A stretch of 32,000 nucleotides of DNA, taken from the NCBI RefSeq assembly GCF_900187275.1, contig NZ_LT906458.1:2220001-2252000 (forward strand). The letters run 5' to 3'. Positions 12,411-24,616 of the stretch are shown here, in pieces. Under the pieces are notes generated by a model. That model was not told the origin of the DNA. It saw nothing but the letters and a program-made list of their open reading frames with translations, and ran no database searches. The stretch's first letter is position 1, and the number at the start of each line of letters is the position of its first letter. Both the position numbers and the translations under genes were made by a program. Origin of the DNA: Pasteurella multocida. Lineage in GTDB: Bacteria; Pseudomonadota; Gammaproteobacteria; Enterobacterales; Pasteurellaceae.

Positions 12411-12635
12411 TTTTATAACTTTGCCTATGGTGTAACTATCCACGTTTTTGTCAGAACTCAAACGCTTAGTCCAACTATGGATTTCAATTATCCTTAACTT
12501 TGCTAATTATCAAATGCCCAAGAAATTTGCAAAATTCCAGCACACTTTTGTAATTTGGTTGTAGAGATATACTACCTAAATCATTGGATACATAAAGAAT
12601 GCCCTACAGATTACATTATGTGATATTGCTTAAAA

Positions 12636-13727
12636 TTACAGTACACCCTTACTACTAGGCATTGCATTCCCTTCCACCTTAATACACTGTCTTAACGTGC
12701 GCCCAAACACTTTAAACAGGCTTTCGATTTTGTGGTGGTCGTTATCGCCTTTGGTTTTAAGGTGCAAGGTTGCCATTAAGGTATAAGCGAGAGATTGGAA
12801 AAAATGCTCGGTCATTTCGGTGCTGAAATCGCCCACTTTGTCGCGTTTAAATTTGGCTTTGAATTTGAAATACGGGCGACCAGACAGATCCATTGTACAT
12901 TCCGCCTTGCATTCGTCCATTGGTAACACAAAGCCAAAGCGTTGAATGCCTCGTTTGTCGCCAAGGGCTTGTTTTAATGCGGTGCCGAGGGCGAGAGCCG
13001 TATCTTCGACGGTGTGATGTTCGTCGATCCAAAGATCGCCTTTACAACTTACGTTCATTCGGAAACCACCGTGGGTAGCGATTTGATCGAGCATATGATC
13101 GAAAAAGCCCACGCCTGTTTTGATGTCGTTCATGCCGGTTTCATCCAACCACACTTGCACTTTAATATCGGTTTCTTTGGTAGTACGTACTACTTCAGCA
13201 TAGCGTGGTTTACGATCAACAAGTGCGGTCTGTTTTGGCAACAATTTTTCCACAATCAGATCCCAATTGAGCTTTTCACGATCATATTGCAAGGCACGAA
13301 TACCGAGATTTTCTGCCAGTTGCACGTCAGTGGCACGATCACCAATCACAAAGCTGGTGGCAGGGTCGAACAATTTTTTATCAATGTATTTTTTCAATAA
13401 TTTAATTTTCGGCTTACGGCAATCGCATTCGTCTTCAGGTTTGTGAGGGCAAATTAACACCTCATCAAACTCGATACCTTGTGATTTAAATAACGCCATC
13501 ATCGTATTGTGCGGTTTATCAAAATTTTCCTGTGGGAAAGATGCCGTGCCTAGCCCGTCTTGGTTACTGACCATTACGAAACGGTAATAGGGTTTGAGCT
13601 TTAATAACGCGGGGATAACATTCGGCTCAAATTGTAATTTTTCTAAACTGTCGATTTGAAAATCGGTTTTTGGTTCATCAATTAAGGTACCGTCACGGTC
13701 GATAAAAAGAATGGCTTGTTGTGTCAT
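12636..13727 (-). CDS. hisB: Bifunctional histidinol-phosphatase / imidazoleglycerol-phosphate dehydratase
   Basis: [14 protein letters not shown] (HAD phosphatase) and [14 protein letters not shown] / [15 protein letters not shown] (dehydratase); start ATG 13727. Confidence 0.96.
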   Translation of the reverse strand: MTQQAILFIDRDGTLIDEPKTDFQIDSLEKLQFEPNVIPALLKLKPYYRFVMVSNQDGLGTASFPQENFDKPHNTMMALFKSQGIEFDEVLICPHKPEDECDCRKPKIKLLKKYIDKKLFDPATSFVIGDRATDVQLAENLGIRALQYDREKLNWDLIVEKLLPKQTALVDRKPRYAEVVRTTKETDIKVQVWLDETGMNDIKTGVGFFDHMLDQIATHGGFRMNVSCKGDLWIDEHHTVEDTALALGTALKQALGDKRGIQRFGFVLPMDECKAECTMDLSGRPYFKFKAKFKRDKVGDFSTEMTEHFFQSLAYTLMATLHLKTKGDNDHHKIESLFKVFGRTLRQCIKVEGNAMPSSKGVL

Positions 13728-13776
13728 AGAGTTATCCTGTTTTTTCATTTTAATCTGTTGGTTTTTTGTTAGTATC

Positions 13777-15844
<2,068 letters not shown>

Positions 15845-15858
15845 TTTACTTCCTTAGT

Positions 15859-15880
15859 TAACTGTATAAAAATACAGTTA
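15859..15880. promoter_or_regulatory. Perfect inverted repeat upstream of the RhuM-Fic gene; candidate operator
   Basis: TAACTGTAT-AAAA-ATACAGTTA, 9-bp perfect arms, between the hisD stop and the RhuM-Fic start. Confidence 0.5.
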
Positions 15881-15881
15881 A

Positions 15882-17180
15882 TTATGCACAATTCTGCTTT
15901 CCTTGCAACTTTCTCCAACGAATTTCTACTGCTTGCTTATGCGCTTCTAATTGTTCTGCTTCTGCCATTAACATCACCGTGTTAGCGAGATCTTTAAAGC
16001 CTTGTGGGGTGAGTTCTTGTACTGTCATCCGCTTGCTAAAATCGGCTAAACCTAAACTTGAATGGGTGCGAGTATAGCCGTAGGTCGGTAGAACGTGATT
16101 GGTACCACTAGCATAATCGCCCATACTTTCAGGTGAATAGGCACCTAAGAAAATCGAGCCGGCGTTATCTAAAAACGGCAGTAAGTTACGCGCATTTTCC
16201 ACCTGTACGACCAAGTGTTCAGGCGCATAAGCATTACTAATTTCTACACATTGTTGCAGATCTTCGGCGATAAAGGTGCGACTGTGAGCAAGTGCCTTAC
16301 GAGCCGTTTCTGCTCTTGGTAAACGAGCCAGTTGTTGCTCAATGGAAAGTGCGGTCTGTTTTGCCAACGTTTCACAGTTAGTGACTAAAATCACTTGGCT
16401 GTCTGCGCCATGTTCCGCTTGGGAAAGTAAATCACTGGCGACAAAATCTGGATCGGCAAATTCATCGGCAATCACTAACACTTCAGAGGGACCGGCTGGC
16501 ATATCAATCGCAGTGCCTTGTTGTAATACTTGACGTTTGGCTTCAGTGACAAAGGCATTGCCCGGACCGAAAATTTTATCCACTTTCTGCACGCTTTCCG
16601 TGCCGTTTGCCATGGCAAAAATGGCTTGAGCACCTCCAATGGCATAAATGGTTTCAACACCACATAAATTGGCGGTGTAAAGAATTTCATCGGCAATAGG
16701 TGGTGGGGAACACAGCACAATGGTTTTACAGCCAGCAATTTTGGCAGGGACGGCAAGCATTAACACTGTGGAAAACAGTGGAGCAGAGCCACCGGGGATA
16801 TATAAACCGACGTTTTGAATGGGGCGAGTAACGACTTGGCAACGCACACCGGCTTGGGTTTCCAGATCCACCGTTTGGTTTTTTTGTGCTTGGTGGAAAC
16901 GTTCAATATTGCCTTTGGCGGTTTGAATCGCTTGTTTTAATTCCGTCGCAATACGCTGGCTCGCCTGCTCAATTTGGACTTTTGAGATGACAAGGCTTTC
17001 TAATGTGGTCTTATCGAATTTTTCCGCAAGTTCAAATAATGCCTTATCCCCATTGTTGATGACATTGCTTTTGATCGCATTCACGGCTTGCGTAATTTGT
17101 TCACCAACGGCTTGAGCTGGGCGAGAAAGTGCAGCTTGTTTTTGTGCTGAATTTAACGTATTCCAAATAAGTGTTTGCAT
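15882..17180 (-). CDS. hisD: Histidinol dehydrogenase
   Basis: [58 protein letters not shown]; ATG 17180. Confidence 0.97.
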   Translation of the reverse strand: MQTLIWNTLNSAQKQAALSRPAQAVGEQITQAVNAIKSNVINNGDKALFELAEKFDKTTLESLVISKVQIEQASQRIATELKQAIQTAKGNIERFHQAQKNQTVDLETQAGVRCQVVTRPIQNVGLYIPGGSAPLFSTVLMLAVPAKIAGCKTIVLCSPPPIADEILYTANLCGVETIYAIGGAQAIFAMANGTESVQKVDKIFGPGNAFVTEAKRQVLQQGTAIDMPAGPSEVLVIADEFADPDFVASDLLSQAEHGADSQVILVTNCETLAKQTALSIEQQLARLPRAETARKALAHSRTFIAEDLQQCVEISNAYAPEHLVVQVENARNLLPFLDNAGSIFLGAYSPESMGDYASGTNHVLPTYGYTRTHSSLGLADFSKRMTVQELTPQGFKDLANTVMLMAEAEQLEAHKQAVEIRWRKLQGKQNCA

Positions 17181-17193
17181 ATTGTTTCCTTGA

Positions 17194-17817
17194 TTACTCA
17201 ATCGGGTCACTGATTTTGCCAGTTAAAAAGTCAAGATTACGCGTGATTTTCTCAATCTCCCAATCCCACCATTTTAATGCTAATAATTGTTCAATTTTTT
17301 CAGGTGAGAAACGTTTTCTAATCACGCGAGCGGGATTTCCTGCGACAATCGCATAAGGTGGCACATTCTTGGTGACAACCGAATTTGTGCCAATGATCGC
17401 GCCATCGCCAATTTTTACGCCTGGCATAATCGTGGCGTTATAGCCAATCCAAACGTCATTCCCAATAACCGTATCCCCTTTGCTCGATAATTCGGCTTTC
17501 TCCGGTAACGCTTTTGCCCATTCATAACCAAAAATCCCAAATGGGTAAGTGGAGATGGCATTCATTTGATGATTGGCGCCATTCATAATAAATTTCACAT
17601 CCGATCCAATCATGCAAAATTTACCGATGATCAATTTATCGCCTAAAAAGTCAAAATGGTATTTCACATTTTTCTCAAAATTTTCCACATTCTCTGCATC
17701 ATCGTAGTAGGTAAAATCCCCCACAATAATATTAGGATGACGAACTAAGTTTTTTAAAAAGCACAGTCGGTGATAATGTTTGATAGGGAAAATCTGATCT
17801 TTATCAGGAAATCGCAT
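17194..17817 (-). CDS. CatB-related (xenobiotic acyltransferase-type) left-handed beta-helix O-acetyltransferase
   Basis: Hexapeptide repeats: [31 protein letters not shown]...[52 protein letters not shown]. Confidence 0.88.
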   Translation of the reverse strand: MRFPDKDQIFPIKHYHRLCFLKNLVRHPNIIVGDFTYYDDAENVENFEKNVKYHFDFLGDKLIIGKFCMIGSDVKFIMNGANHQMNAISTYPFGIFGYEWAKALPEKAELSSKGDTVIGNDVWIGYNATIMPGVKIGDGAIIGTNSVVTKNVPPYAIVAGNPARVIRKRFSPEKIEQLLALKWWDWEIEKITRNLDFLTGKISDPIE

Positions 17818-17841
17818 AGCATACCTAACCTTGTTGTGTTG

Positions 17842-18096
17842 TTATTTTTCTGTTGTTACATCGCATTGTGTTTTTGCCCAATTCACTGCCGTTTCTATTG
17901 CTTTACGCGCCTGCTGGCTATTACGCCAGCAAGTGGACCCTGTGAGTTCCGCCCCACGTTCTAAAATAAATGCAGGATCTGTCTTTGCAAGCTGTTTGAC
18001 ATCATCTAGCCCCATCTCTTGCAAGCGTTTGAGAATGGTGGTGCCGATGCCTTTTTGTGCTAACAGCGATTGTTGTTGTGAAAGTGTAAATGGCAT
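17842..18096 (-). CDS. Small helix-hairpin-helix-like protein
   Basis: MPFTLSQQQSLLAQKGIGTTILKRLQEMGLDDVKQLAK; ATG at 18096 (the track start at 18099 is TTG). Abuts/overlaps the hisG stop. Confidence 0.7.
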   Translation of the reverse strand: MPFTLSQQQSLLAQKGIGTTILKRLQEMGLDDVKQLAKTDPAFILERGAELTGSTCWRNSQQARKAIETAVNWAKTQCDVTTEK

Positions 18097-18100
18097 CAAG

Positions 18101-19000
18101 TTACCCCATCATTTTCTCAATTGGTAGCACTAAAATCGAACTGGCGCCAGCATCTTTCAGCTGTTCCATGGTTTCCCAGAACAGATTTTCTTGACTGACG
18201 ACATGCATAGCGACTTTCGAATTGTCGTGTGCTAATGGCAAAATAGTGGGGTTTTCCACGCCGGGTAAAAGTGCGGTGATTTCTTCCAGTTTTTCTTTTG
18301 GGGCGTGAAGCATGATGTATTTTGATTCTGCCGCTTGTTGTACACCTTGGATGCGTGTGAGTAACTTATCCACTAAGGCTTGTTTTTCTGGGCTAAGTTC
18401 AGCGGCACGTTGAATGAGGCAGGATTTTGAGCGGTAAATGATTTCCACTTCCTTTAAGCCATTAGCTTCAAGTGTTGCACCAGAAGACACTAAATCACAA
18501 ATCGCATCGGCAAGTCCGGCACGGGGCGCGACTTCCACTGATCCTGTGAGTGAACAGGTTTTAAAATCCACACCTTGTTGTTGCATATAACGTTTGAGTA
18601 AATTCGGGTAAGAGGTAGCAATACGTGCATTTTTGAGATCACTTATGCCATTGTAAGCTTCGTCTTGCGGTATGGCGATTGATAAACGGCAACCGCCAAA
18701 ATCTAAACGGCGTAATTTTTTGTAATTGACTGTTTCACCCGCAGCTTGACGAGTGAGTTCTTCCTCTTCTAAGACGTTTTCACCAATGATCCCGAGATCA
18801 ACCACACCATCAAAGACGAGACCGGGAATATCATCGTCACGCACCCGTAAAATATCAATCGGCATATTTTCAGCGTAAGCAATTAGGCGTTGTTCCTGTA
18901 AATTTATTTTTACACCGCATTGTTTCAATAAGGCTTGTGATTCTTGGCTTAAGCGTCCTGATTTTTGCATCGCAATGCGCAGTCTTTTACTTTCAATCAT
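18101..19000 (-). CDS. hisG: ATP phosphoribosyltransferase
   Basis: [26 protein letters not shown]...[19 protein letters not shown]; long-form HisG. Confidence 0.97.
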   Translation of the reverse strand: MIESKRLRIAMQKSGRLSQESQALLKQCGVKINLQEQRLIAYAENMPIDILRVRDDDIPGLVFDGVVDLGIIGENVLEEEELTRQAAGETVNYKKLRRLDFGGCRLSIAIPQDEAYNGISDLKNARIATSYPNLLKRYMQQQGVDFKTCSLTGSVEVAPRAGLADAICDLVSSGATLEANGLKEVEIIYRSKSCLIQRAAELSPEKQALVDKLLTRIQGVQQAAESKYIMLHAPKEKLEEITALLPGVENPTILPLAHDNSKVAMHVVSQENLFWETMEQLKDAGASSILVLPIEKMMG

Positions 19001-19035
19001 AATTCTTATCCTAGTAGATGTTGTTAATTTTAGTG

Positions 19036-19070
19036 ATAAAAAAACCTCTCGAAATGGCTTCCGAGAGGTT
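19036..19070 (-). terminator. his attenuator terminator (3:4 hairpin plus U-tract)
   Basis: RNA sense: AACCUCUCG-GAAGCCAUUU-CGAGAGGUU-UUUUU; perfect 9-bp stem between hisL and hisG. Confidence 0.9.
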
Positions 19071-19118
19071 TATATTGTTCGTCATTTTATCGCACACTCG
19101 GAAGATTTGTTATCTTCC
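19058..19118 (-). promoter_or_regulatory. his attenuator alternative structures (1:2 pause hairpin and 2:3 antiterminator)
   Basis: GGAAGAT/ATCTTCC (19100-19106 with 19112-19118). CTTCCGAG (19058-19065) complementary to CTCGGAAG (19097-19104) and mutually exclusive with the terminator stem. Confidence 0.85.
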
Positions 19119-19145
19119 AAGCATCACAAAATACCCGAAAGATAA

Positions 19146-19187
19146 TCAGGGTAGATGGTGATGATGAGTCATGCGAGTAAAAATCAT
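19146..19187 (-). CDS. hisL: his operon leader peptide, MIFTRMTHHHHLP
   Basis: Reverse strand: AAGGAAACGCT ATG ATT TTT ACT CGC ATG ACT CAT CAT CAC CAT CTA CCC TGA. Four consecutive His codons, RBS upstream, attenuator hairpins downstream, then hisG. Confidence 0.92.
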   Translation of the reverse strand: MIFTRMTHHHHLP

Positions 19188-19216
19188 AGCGTTTCCTTAT
19201 TGGTCAATTGCTATTC

Positions 19217-19245
19217 AAATTACTGTAAAAAAAATAAACTGGCAA
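19217..19245 (-). promoter_or_regulatory. Candidate sigma70 promoter of the his operon
   Basis: TTGCCA (19245-19240) N17 TAATTT (19222-19217), about 30 nt upstream of the hisL ATG. Confidence 0.45.
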
Positions 19246-19263
19246 GGATTTTTTACAAAAAAT

Positions 19264-20040
19264 TTATATTTTTTTTGCTTTAATAAATAACAGCACAGGG
19301 CGGTGCTGTAAATCTTTAAATTCCTGTTGCCATTCTGGTTGATCGGCAAGCATGGGTTCTGCCATCTGCTCAATCTGAAAACCGGCTTGAATCAGTTGAT
19401 TGACAATCGTTGCCGTAGTGCGATGATAGGTTTTAAACGGTTGTTTAAACCAATTACGCTCACGTTCACCTTCATCACGATAATAGTTCAACCGATATGC
19501 CACTTGGCGTTTGTGTTGATCTTTTTCCCAACGATCTCCTTCTTGATAGCAGGTGACGATCGGATGTTCTTGCGAGAAAATCAGATAACCATTAGGGGTG
19601 AGTTTTTGGCGAATATCTTGCAGTAACTTGGCAAAATCTTGCACATAATGAAAAGCAAAAGAGCTGGTGATGACATCAAAATTACTTTCTGGTAAATCCG
19701 CCAGTTGCTCCATGGACAATGGGTGGAGGGCAAAGTGCGGTCCATTTTGAAAATGTTTTGATAGATCATGCTCAGCTTGCTTCAACATGTTATGAGAAAG
19801 GTCAATGCCCACGACAAAGCGGGCATGACGTTGCAAATACAGCAGTAGATGACTACCGGTGCCACACCCCAGATCGAGCAATTTTTTATTGGTCAGATCG
19901 GGGAGCAAAGACAACATGGTCGGTTTTTCTACCACTTCATTTAAGCTGAGGGGATTTTCCCGCAATTTTTGATACAACTCGAAAAATTGCGGGGCATCAT
20001 AGACGCTTTTTTTCGTCATCTTATTTGAAGATGATGTCAT
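19264..20040 (-). CDS. Class I SAM-dependent methyltransferase
   Basis: LLDLGCGTGSHLLLYLQRHARFVVGIDLSHNMLKQAE, YLIFSQEHPIVTC. Start may be 20040 (overlapping the ushA 3' end) or 20019 (MTKKSVYD). Confidence 0.9.
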   Translation of the reverse strand: MTSSSNKMTKKSVYDAPQFFELYQKLRENPLSLNEVVEKPTMLSLLPDLTNKKLLDLGCGTGSHLLLYLQRHARFVVGIDLSHNMLKQAEHDLSKHFQNGPHFALHPLSMEQLADLPESNFDVITSSFAFHYVQDFAKLLQDIRQKLTPNGYLIFSQEHPIVTCYQEGDRWEKDQHKRQVAYRLNYYRDEGERERNWFKQPFKTYHRTTATIVNQLIQAGFQIEQMAEPMLADQPEWQQEFKDLQHRPVLLFIKAKKI

Positions 20041-21670
20041 CTTTTGGATCGTATTTAGACGCATCTAACACTTTGTTTTCTTCAAAGTATTTTTTCAGCA
20101 TCTCCGCATCGATAAAACCCGTATTGACATAACTTGGGTGTTTTTTCAAGACAGGATAGCCATCACCACCACCGGCGCAATAGTCTGGTACAGATACTTT
20201 ATAGGTTTTGTTTAAATTCAGTGCTTTGCCACCGACTTTGACATCCGATACTTTTTGTGCGGTACGGTCCACTACCATGGAAAGCCCAGCAAATTGTGGG
20301 TAAGCACCGCTATCTACTTGTTTTAATGCCACCACATTGAGGTAGTCTAATAGCTCTTGCCCCGTGAAATCGACAGTGGCAATCATATTACCGAAAGGTT
20401 GTACGGTAAGGAGATCTTTATATGTCGTTTCTCCTTCGTTGATGTCGGTACGAATCCCGCCTGAGTTCATGATCCCCACATCCGCTTTCACACGCTCCAT
20501 TTGTGACTGAGCAATTAAACGTCCTAAGTTCGTTTGGTGGAAACGGATAATTTTACGATCACCGATAAATTTCCCTTTTACTTCCCCCACTTTCACGCCT
20601 AATAAACGATCGCCTTCGTCTTGGTATTTCTTCAAATGGGCAAAGACGGCTGGATCTTCAGCAATTTCAGGCTGATACAGTTTGTATTCTGATTTGCCGT
20701 CTTCCAATTTGATTTTTTGTTTTAAGTTAATTGGAATTAACTCGTATTTCACCAATTTAGTTTCGCCATTTTTGAATTCAAAATCTGCACGACCAATGTA
20801 TTTTCCCCATTCGCCCGCTTGGACAATCCAAGTGCCGTTTTGGAAATCAGGTTTACATGCTTCACCCGGCGTGTATTTCAGTTTGAATTGACCTTGTTCA
20901 TCAATACACACCGTGTCGTGTGTATGACCACCGATAATTAAATCAAATGCGCCTTTATCTAGAGTACGTGCCATGGTGACATCGCCCGGTGCATTATGTC
21001 CGTGTTTACCATCAAAATAGTAGCCCATGTGGGTTAACGCAATACGGATATCCGGTTTTTCGGTTTGGTTAATTTCAGCCAAGGTGTTTTTGGCGGTTTC
21101 AATCGGGTTGTTAAAGATCACGTGATCAACCACATCAGGATTACCTAATTTAGCGGTATCTTCTGTGGTCAAACCAACGACAGCAATTTTGACATCCTCT
21201 TTGTTTAGTATCACATAAGGTTTGACTAAAGGTTTGTTGGTTTTTTTATTGATGACGTTAGCTGAAATGAGGGGGAACTTCGCCCATTTTTCTTGCATTT
21301 CAAGCAATTGCATCGGGAAATCGAATTCATGGTTACCGAGTACTGCTACGTCATAACCAATCATGTTCATACCCTCGATATCAGGTTTCGCATTTTGCAT
21401 ATCAGATTCAGGCACGCCTGTGTTGAAATCACCTGCATGCAGCAAAATCACTGAGCCACCTTTGCCTTCGACTTCTTTACGAATGTTATCAATTAAAGTT
21501 TTATGTGCAGCAAAACCATACTCGCCGTGACTGTTTTTCCAGAAATGACCGTGTGTGTCGTTGGCATGTAATACCGTAATATTGTAGGTTTTGTCTTGGG
21601 TATAAGCGTAAGCTTGACTGATTAACCCTAATGACAGGGCGATTGCACTCAATTTTGTTAATTTTTTCAT
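20021..21670 (-). CDS. ushA: Periplasmic UDP-sugar hydrolase / 5'-nucleotidase family protein
   Basis: Signal peptide; ITVLHANDTHGHFWKN, LLHAGDFNTGVPESD, VLGNHEFDFP, IIGGHTHDTV, MNSGGIRTDI. Confidence 0.9.
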   Translation of the reverse strand: MKKLTKLSAIALSLGLISQAYAYTQDKTYNITVLHANDTHGHFWKNSHGEYGFAAHKTLIDNIRKEVEGKGGSVILLHAGDFNTGVPESDMQNAKPDIEGMNMIGYDVAVLGNHEFDFPMQLLEMQEKWAKFPLISANVINKKTNKPLVKPYVILNKEDVKIAVVGLTTEDTAKLGNPDVVDHVIFNNPIETAKNTLAEINQTEKPDIRIALTHMGYYFDGKHGHNAPGDVTMARTLDKGAFDLIIGGHTHDTVCIDEQGQFKLKYTPGEACKPDFQNGTWIVQAGEWGKYIGRADFEFKNGETKLVKYELIPINLKQKIKLEDGKSEYKLYQPEIAEDPAVFAHLKKYQDEGDRLLGVKVGEVKGKFIGDRKIIRFHQTNLGRLIAQSQMERVKADVGIMNSGGIRTDINEGETTYKDLLTVQPFGNMIATVDFTGQELLDYLNVVALKQVDSGAYPQFAGLSMVVDRTAQKVSDVKVGGKALNLNKTYKVSVPDYCAGGGDGYPVLKKHPSYVNTGFIDAEMLKKYFEENKVLDASKYDPKDDIIFK

Positions 21671-21757
21671 GGTAAACCTCTTAAGAGAAAAAAATCCGCT
21701 AACTATATACTTAAAATTTTGTGTCAAGCCAAGTACTTTGCATTAAATTTGTGAGCT

Positions 21758-23014
21758 TTAACCTAAAAATGTCGGTAAAACACCAAATTGAGCAGCAATT
21801 TGTGCCAAAATATTTAACAAACCAAATAAAATCACAAAATAAATCATGAAGTTACCACCATAAACAGTATAGTGGGACTCCGTGAAACGCTGGCGTGTGG
21901 CTTTCGCTAATAGGGCTGGGACAATCGCTGCCCAAATGGTGGCGGCTAAGCCAGCATATCCAATTGCCACGACAAACCCATAAGGGAATTGTAAGCTGAG
22001 CAAGAGCGGTGGCAGAAAGGTCACTAACGTGGTTTTAGTTCGCCCTAAGCTACTGTCATCAAATTTTAATAAGTCCGCAAGGTAATCAAATAAGCCCAAA
22101 CTGACGCCTAAAAATGAGCTTGCAATCGCCATATAAGCAAAGAAATTAAGTACGACGCCCATGTAATCGGTTTGGATATATTGCGATAAGGCTTTTAGTA
22201 AGGCAGCAATATCACCCCCTTTTTCAATGACTGGTGCAAATTGATGGCGAGGTAAATTCCCTTGTACCGCAAGCTGCCAAAATGCATAGATCACGAAGGC
22301 GATACCGGTACCGAGGAAGATTGCTTTGACCACAGATTGAGCATGACGATCGTAGTATTTTACTAAGCTTGGTACATTACCGTGAAAGCCAAAGGAGACT
22401 AAGCAAACAGGAAGTGCAGTGAGAAGATAAGGTAAATAGTGTGTTTCTCCTTGCGCAAGATTATTGAAAAGCACATCACTTCTGACAGAAGCCATGAGTC
22501 CACTCGTGGAAAGAAGAAAGGCGATGATCATGCCACCGATCAGTACAGTGGTAAAACGATCCACGGCTTTAGTTGATAACCAGACAAATCCAGCGAGCAC
22601 GCAACAAAAAAGTAAAGACCCCACGCCGCGTCCAATTTCCACCGTATTGTCAGGGCGGCTGAGAACTTGATTTAAGAGATGTTGGGTAATGCCACCACCA
22701 GATGTGATATAAGCATACGTTAAAATATATAATACAAAAGCGATAGATAAGCCATTGATGAGATTCCAGCGTTTGCCGAGTAAATCTTTCACGATGGTGT
22801 CAAAACTCGCCCCTGTTGGGTAGTGTAAATTGGCTTCAAGGATCATTAAGCCTGACGTGGTCATGCAAAACCAAGTGTAGGCTAATAGAAGAAGAGAACC
22901 GATAAACCAAACGCCTGCTGTAGCAGTTGGATTGGCTAACATACCAGCACCGATCGCTGTACCGGCAATAATCATGGCGCCACCTAAAAGAGAAGGCAAT
23001 TGTTTTGTTGTCAT
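21758..23014 (-). CDS. tyrP: Aromatic amino acid (tyrosine-type) permease
   Basis: LLGGAMIIAGTAIGAGMLANPTATAGVWFIGSL and multi-TM HAAAP-family profile; specificity inferred. Confidence 0.8.
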   Translation of the reverse strand: MTTKQLPSLLGGAMIIAGTAIGAGMLANPTATAGVWFIGSLLLLAYTWFCMTTSGLMILEANLHYPTGASFDTIVKDLLGKRWNLINGLSIAFVLYILTYAYITSGGGITQHLLNQVLSRPDNTVEIGRGVGSLLFCCVLAGFVWLSTKAVDRFTTVLIGGMIIAFLLSTSGLMASVRSDVLFNNLAQGETHYLPYLLTALPVCLVSFGFHGNVPSLVKYYDRHAQSVVKAIFLGTGIAFVIYAFWQLAVQGNLPRHQFAPVIEKGGDIAALLKALSQYIQTDYMGVVLNFFAYMAIASSFLGVSLGLFDYLADLLKFDDSSLGRTKTTLVTFLPPLLLSLQFPYGFVVAIGYAGLAATIWAAIVPALLAKATRQRFTESHYTVYGGNFMIYFVILFGLLNILAQIAAQFGVLPTFLG

Positions 23015-23221
23015 AAAAGTACCACTGTGTTGTTATGAGTTCATAAAAAATTTGCACTATTTTAATAGTGCAAAAATAAAAAGCAATGGATTTTTGTTAA
23101 ACAACGCAATTATTTTGGGCGTCTGTTGAGATGAACAGGGCGATATCTCGACAAGTTTGTGCGAATAACGCTATAATTGAGTGCTTTTATTTATAATTAA
23201 CTTGAAATAAGGAATACGAAA

Positions 23222-23749
23222 ATGGGTTTAGAAACCGTACCGGCAGGTAAAGCATTGCCAGATGATATTTATGTTGTGATTGAAATTCCTGCTAATTCAG
23301 ATCCAATTAAATATGAAGTGGATAAAGAAAGTGGCGCGTTGTTTGTTGACCGTTTTATGGCGACAGCGATGTTCTATCCAGCAAACTATGGTTATGTGAA
23401 TAACACATTGTCTTTAGATGGTGACCCTGTTGATGTATTAGTCCCGACGCCATACCCATTACAACCGGGCTCGGTGATTCGTTGCCGTCCAGTTGGGGTA
23501 TTAAAAATGACAGATGAAGCTGGAAGTGATGCGAAAGTGGTGGCAGTACCACACAGCAAATTAACCAAAGAATACGATCATATTAAAGATGTGAATGATT
23601 TACCGGCATTATTAAAAGCACAAATCCAACACTTCTTCGAAAGCTACAAAGCATTAGAAGCGGGTAAATGGGTGAAAGTAGATGGTTGGGAAGGTGTTGA
23701 TGCCGCCCGTCAAGAAATTTTAGATTCATTTGAACGTGCAAAAAAATAA
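23222..23749 (+). CDS. ppa: Inorganic pyrophosphatase
   Basis: [25 protein letters not shown]...[23 protein letters not shown]. Confidence 0.97.
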
Positions 23750-23761
23750 CATTTTTGTTTT

Positions 23762-23785
23762 AATACCGCTTGAAAGAGCGGTATT
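23762..23785 (+). terminator. Rho-independent terminator after ppa
   Basis: AATACCGCT-TGAAAG-AGCGGTATT followed by T-run. Confidence 0.8.
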
Positions 23786-23812
23786 TTTTTATCTAAATTG
23801 AGTGAGGACTTT

Positions 23813-24586
23813 ATGATGAAATTGACTAAAAGGTTACTATGGGTGCCTGCTTTCGCCTTGATATTGCATGCTTGTGCGGATTCTGCCAGTATTAATCAAT
23901 ACTCTGCGTCTTCTTATCGACAAACGATTAATGAGGCTCGTAGTAAAGGTGTGTTAGATACGTCCTCTGCTACGGCCAAACGTATCCATGCGATATTCAA
24001 TAAAATGGTGCCTTATGCGAATGCAGAAAATCAGACAGGGCAACCTTTCCATTGGCAGATGAGTGTAATCAAATCAAAAGAATTAAATGCTTGGGCGATG
24101 CCGGGTGGCAAAATGGCATTCTATACGGGATTAGTGGATACATTGCAATTAACCAATGATGAAATTGCGACGGTGATTGGTCATGAAATGGCACATGCGC
24201 TGAAAGAACATGGCAAGAAAAAAGTCAATATGGGGCAATTTACGGATGTGTTAGCACAAGTCAGTCATATTGCACTTTCTAGTGCAATTGGTAGTGATGG
24301 CAGTGCGATGGTGGTTGGTTTGACCAAAGATTGGGCGTTAGATAAACCTTATTCACGTAGCAATGAAACCGAAGCGGATGAGGTCGGACTTATGTTGATG
24401 GCAAAATCCGGCTTTAATCCACAGGCTGCTCCTCGTGTGTGGGAAAAAATGCAACGGGCATCATCAGGCAGTCGTGGTGTATTAGCTGCGTTATCTTCTA
24501 CCCACCCAAACGATGCAGAACGCCAGAAAAATTTATTACGCCTCATGCCAAAAGCCATGGCACTCTACCAGAACGCAGCAAAATAA
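23813..24586 (+). CDS. M48-family metalloprotease, predicted lipoprotein
   Basis: Lipobox-like ALILHAC; VIGHEMAHALKEHG (HExxH); ETEADEVGLMLMAKSGFNP. Confidence 0.92.
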   Translation: MMKLTKRLLWVPAFALILHACADSASINQYSASSYRQTINEARSKGVLDTSSATAKRIHAIFNKMVPYANAENQTGQPFHWQMSVIKSKELNAWAMPGGKMAFYTGLVDTLQLTNDEIATVIGHEMAHALKEHGKKKVNMGQFTDVLAQVSHIALSSAIGSDGSAMVVGLTKDWALDKPYSRSNETEADEVGLMLMAKSGFNPQAAPRVWEKMQRASSGSRGVLAALSSTHPNDAERQKNLLRLMPKAMALYQNAAK

Positions 24587-24616
24587 TTATTTCGCTTCGC
24601 TTTGATAAATAAAAGA

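Noticed and set aside
16342-16756. ORFs 16342-16533(+) and 16475-16756(-)
   Set aside because: Out-of-frame overlaps of hisD; translations show no protein-like features.
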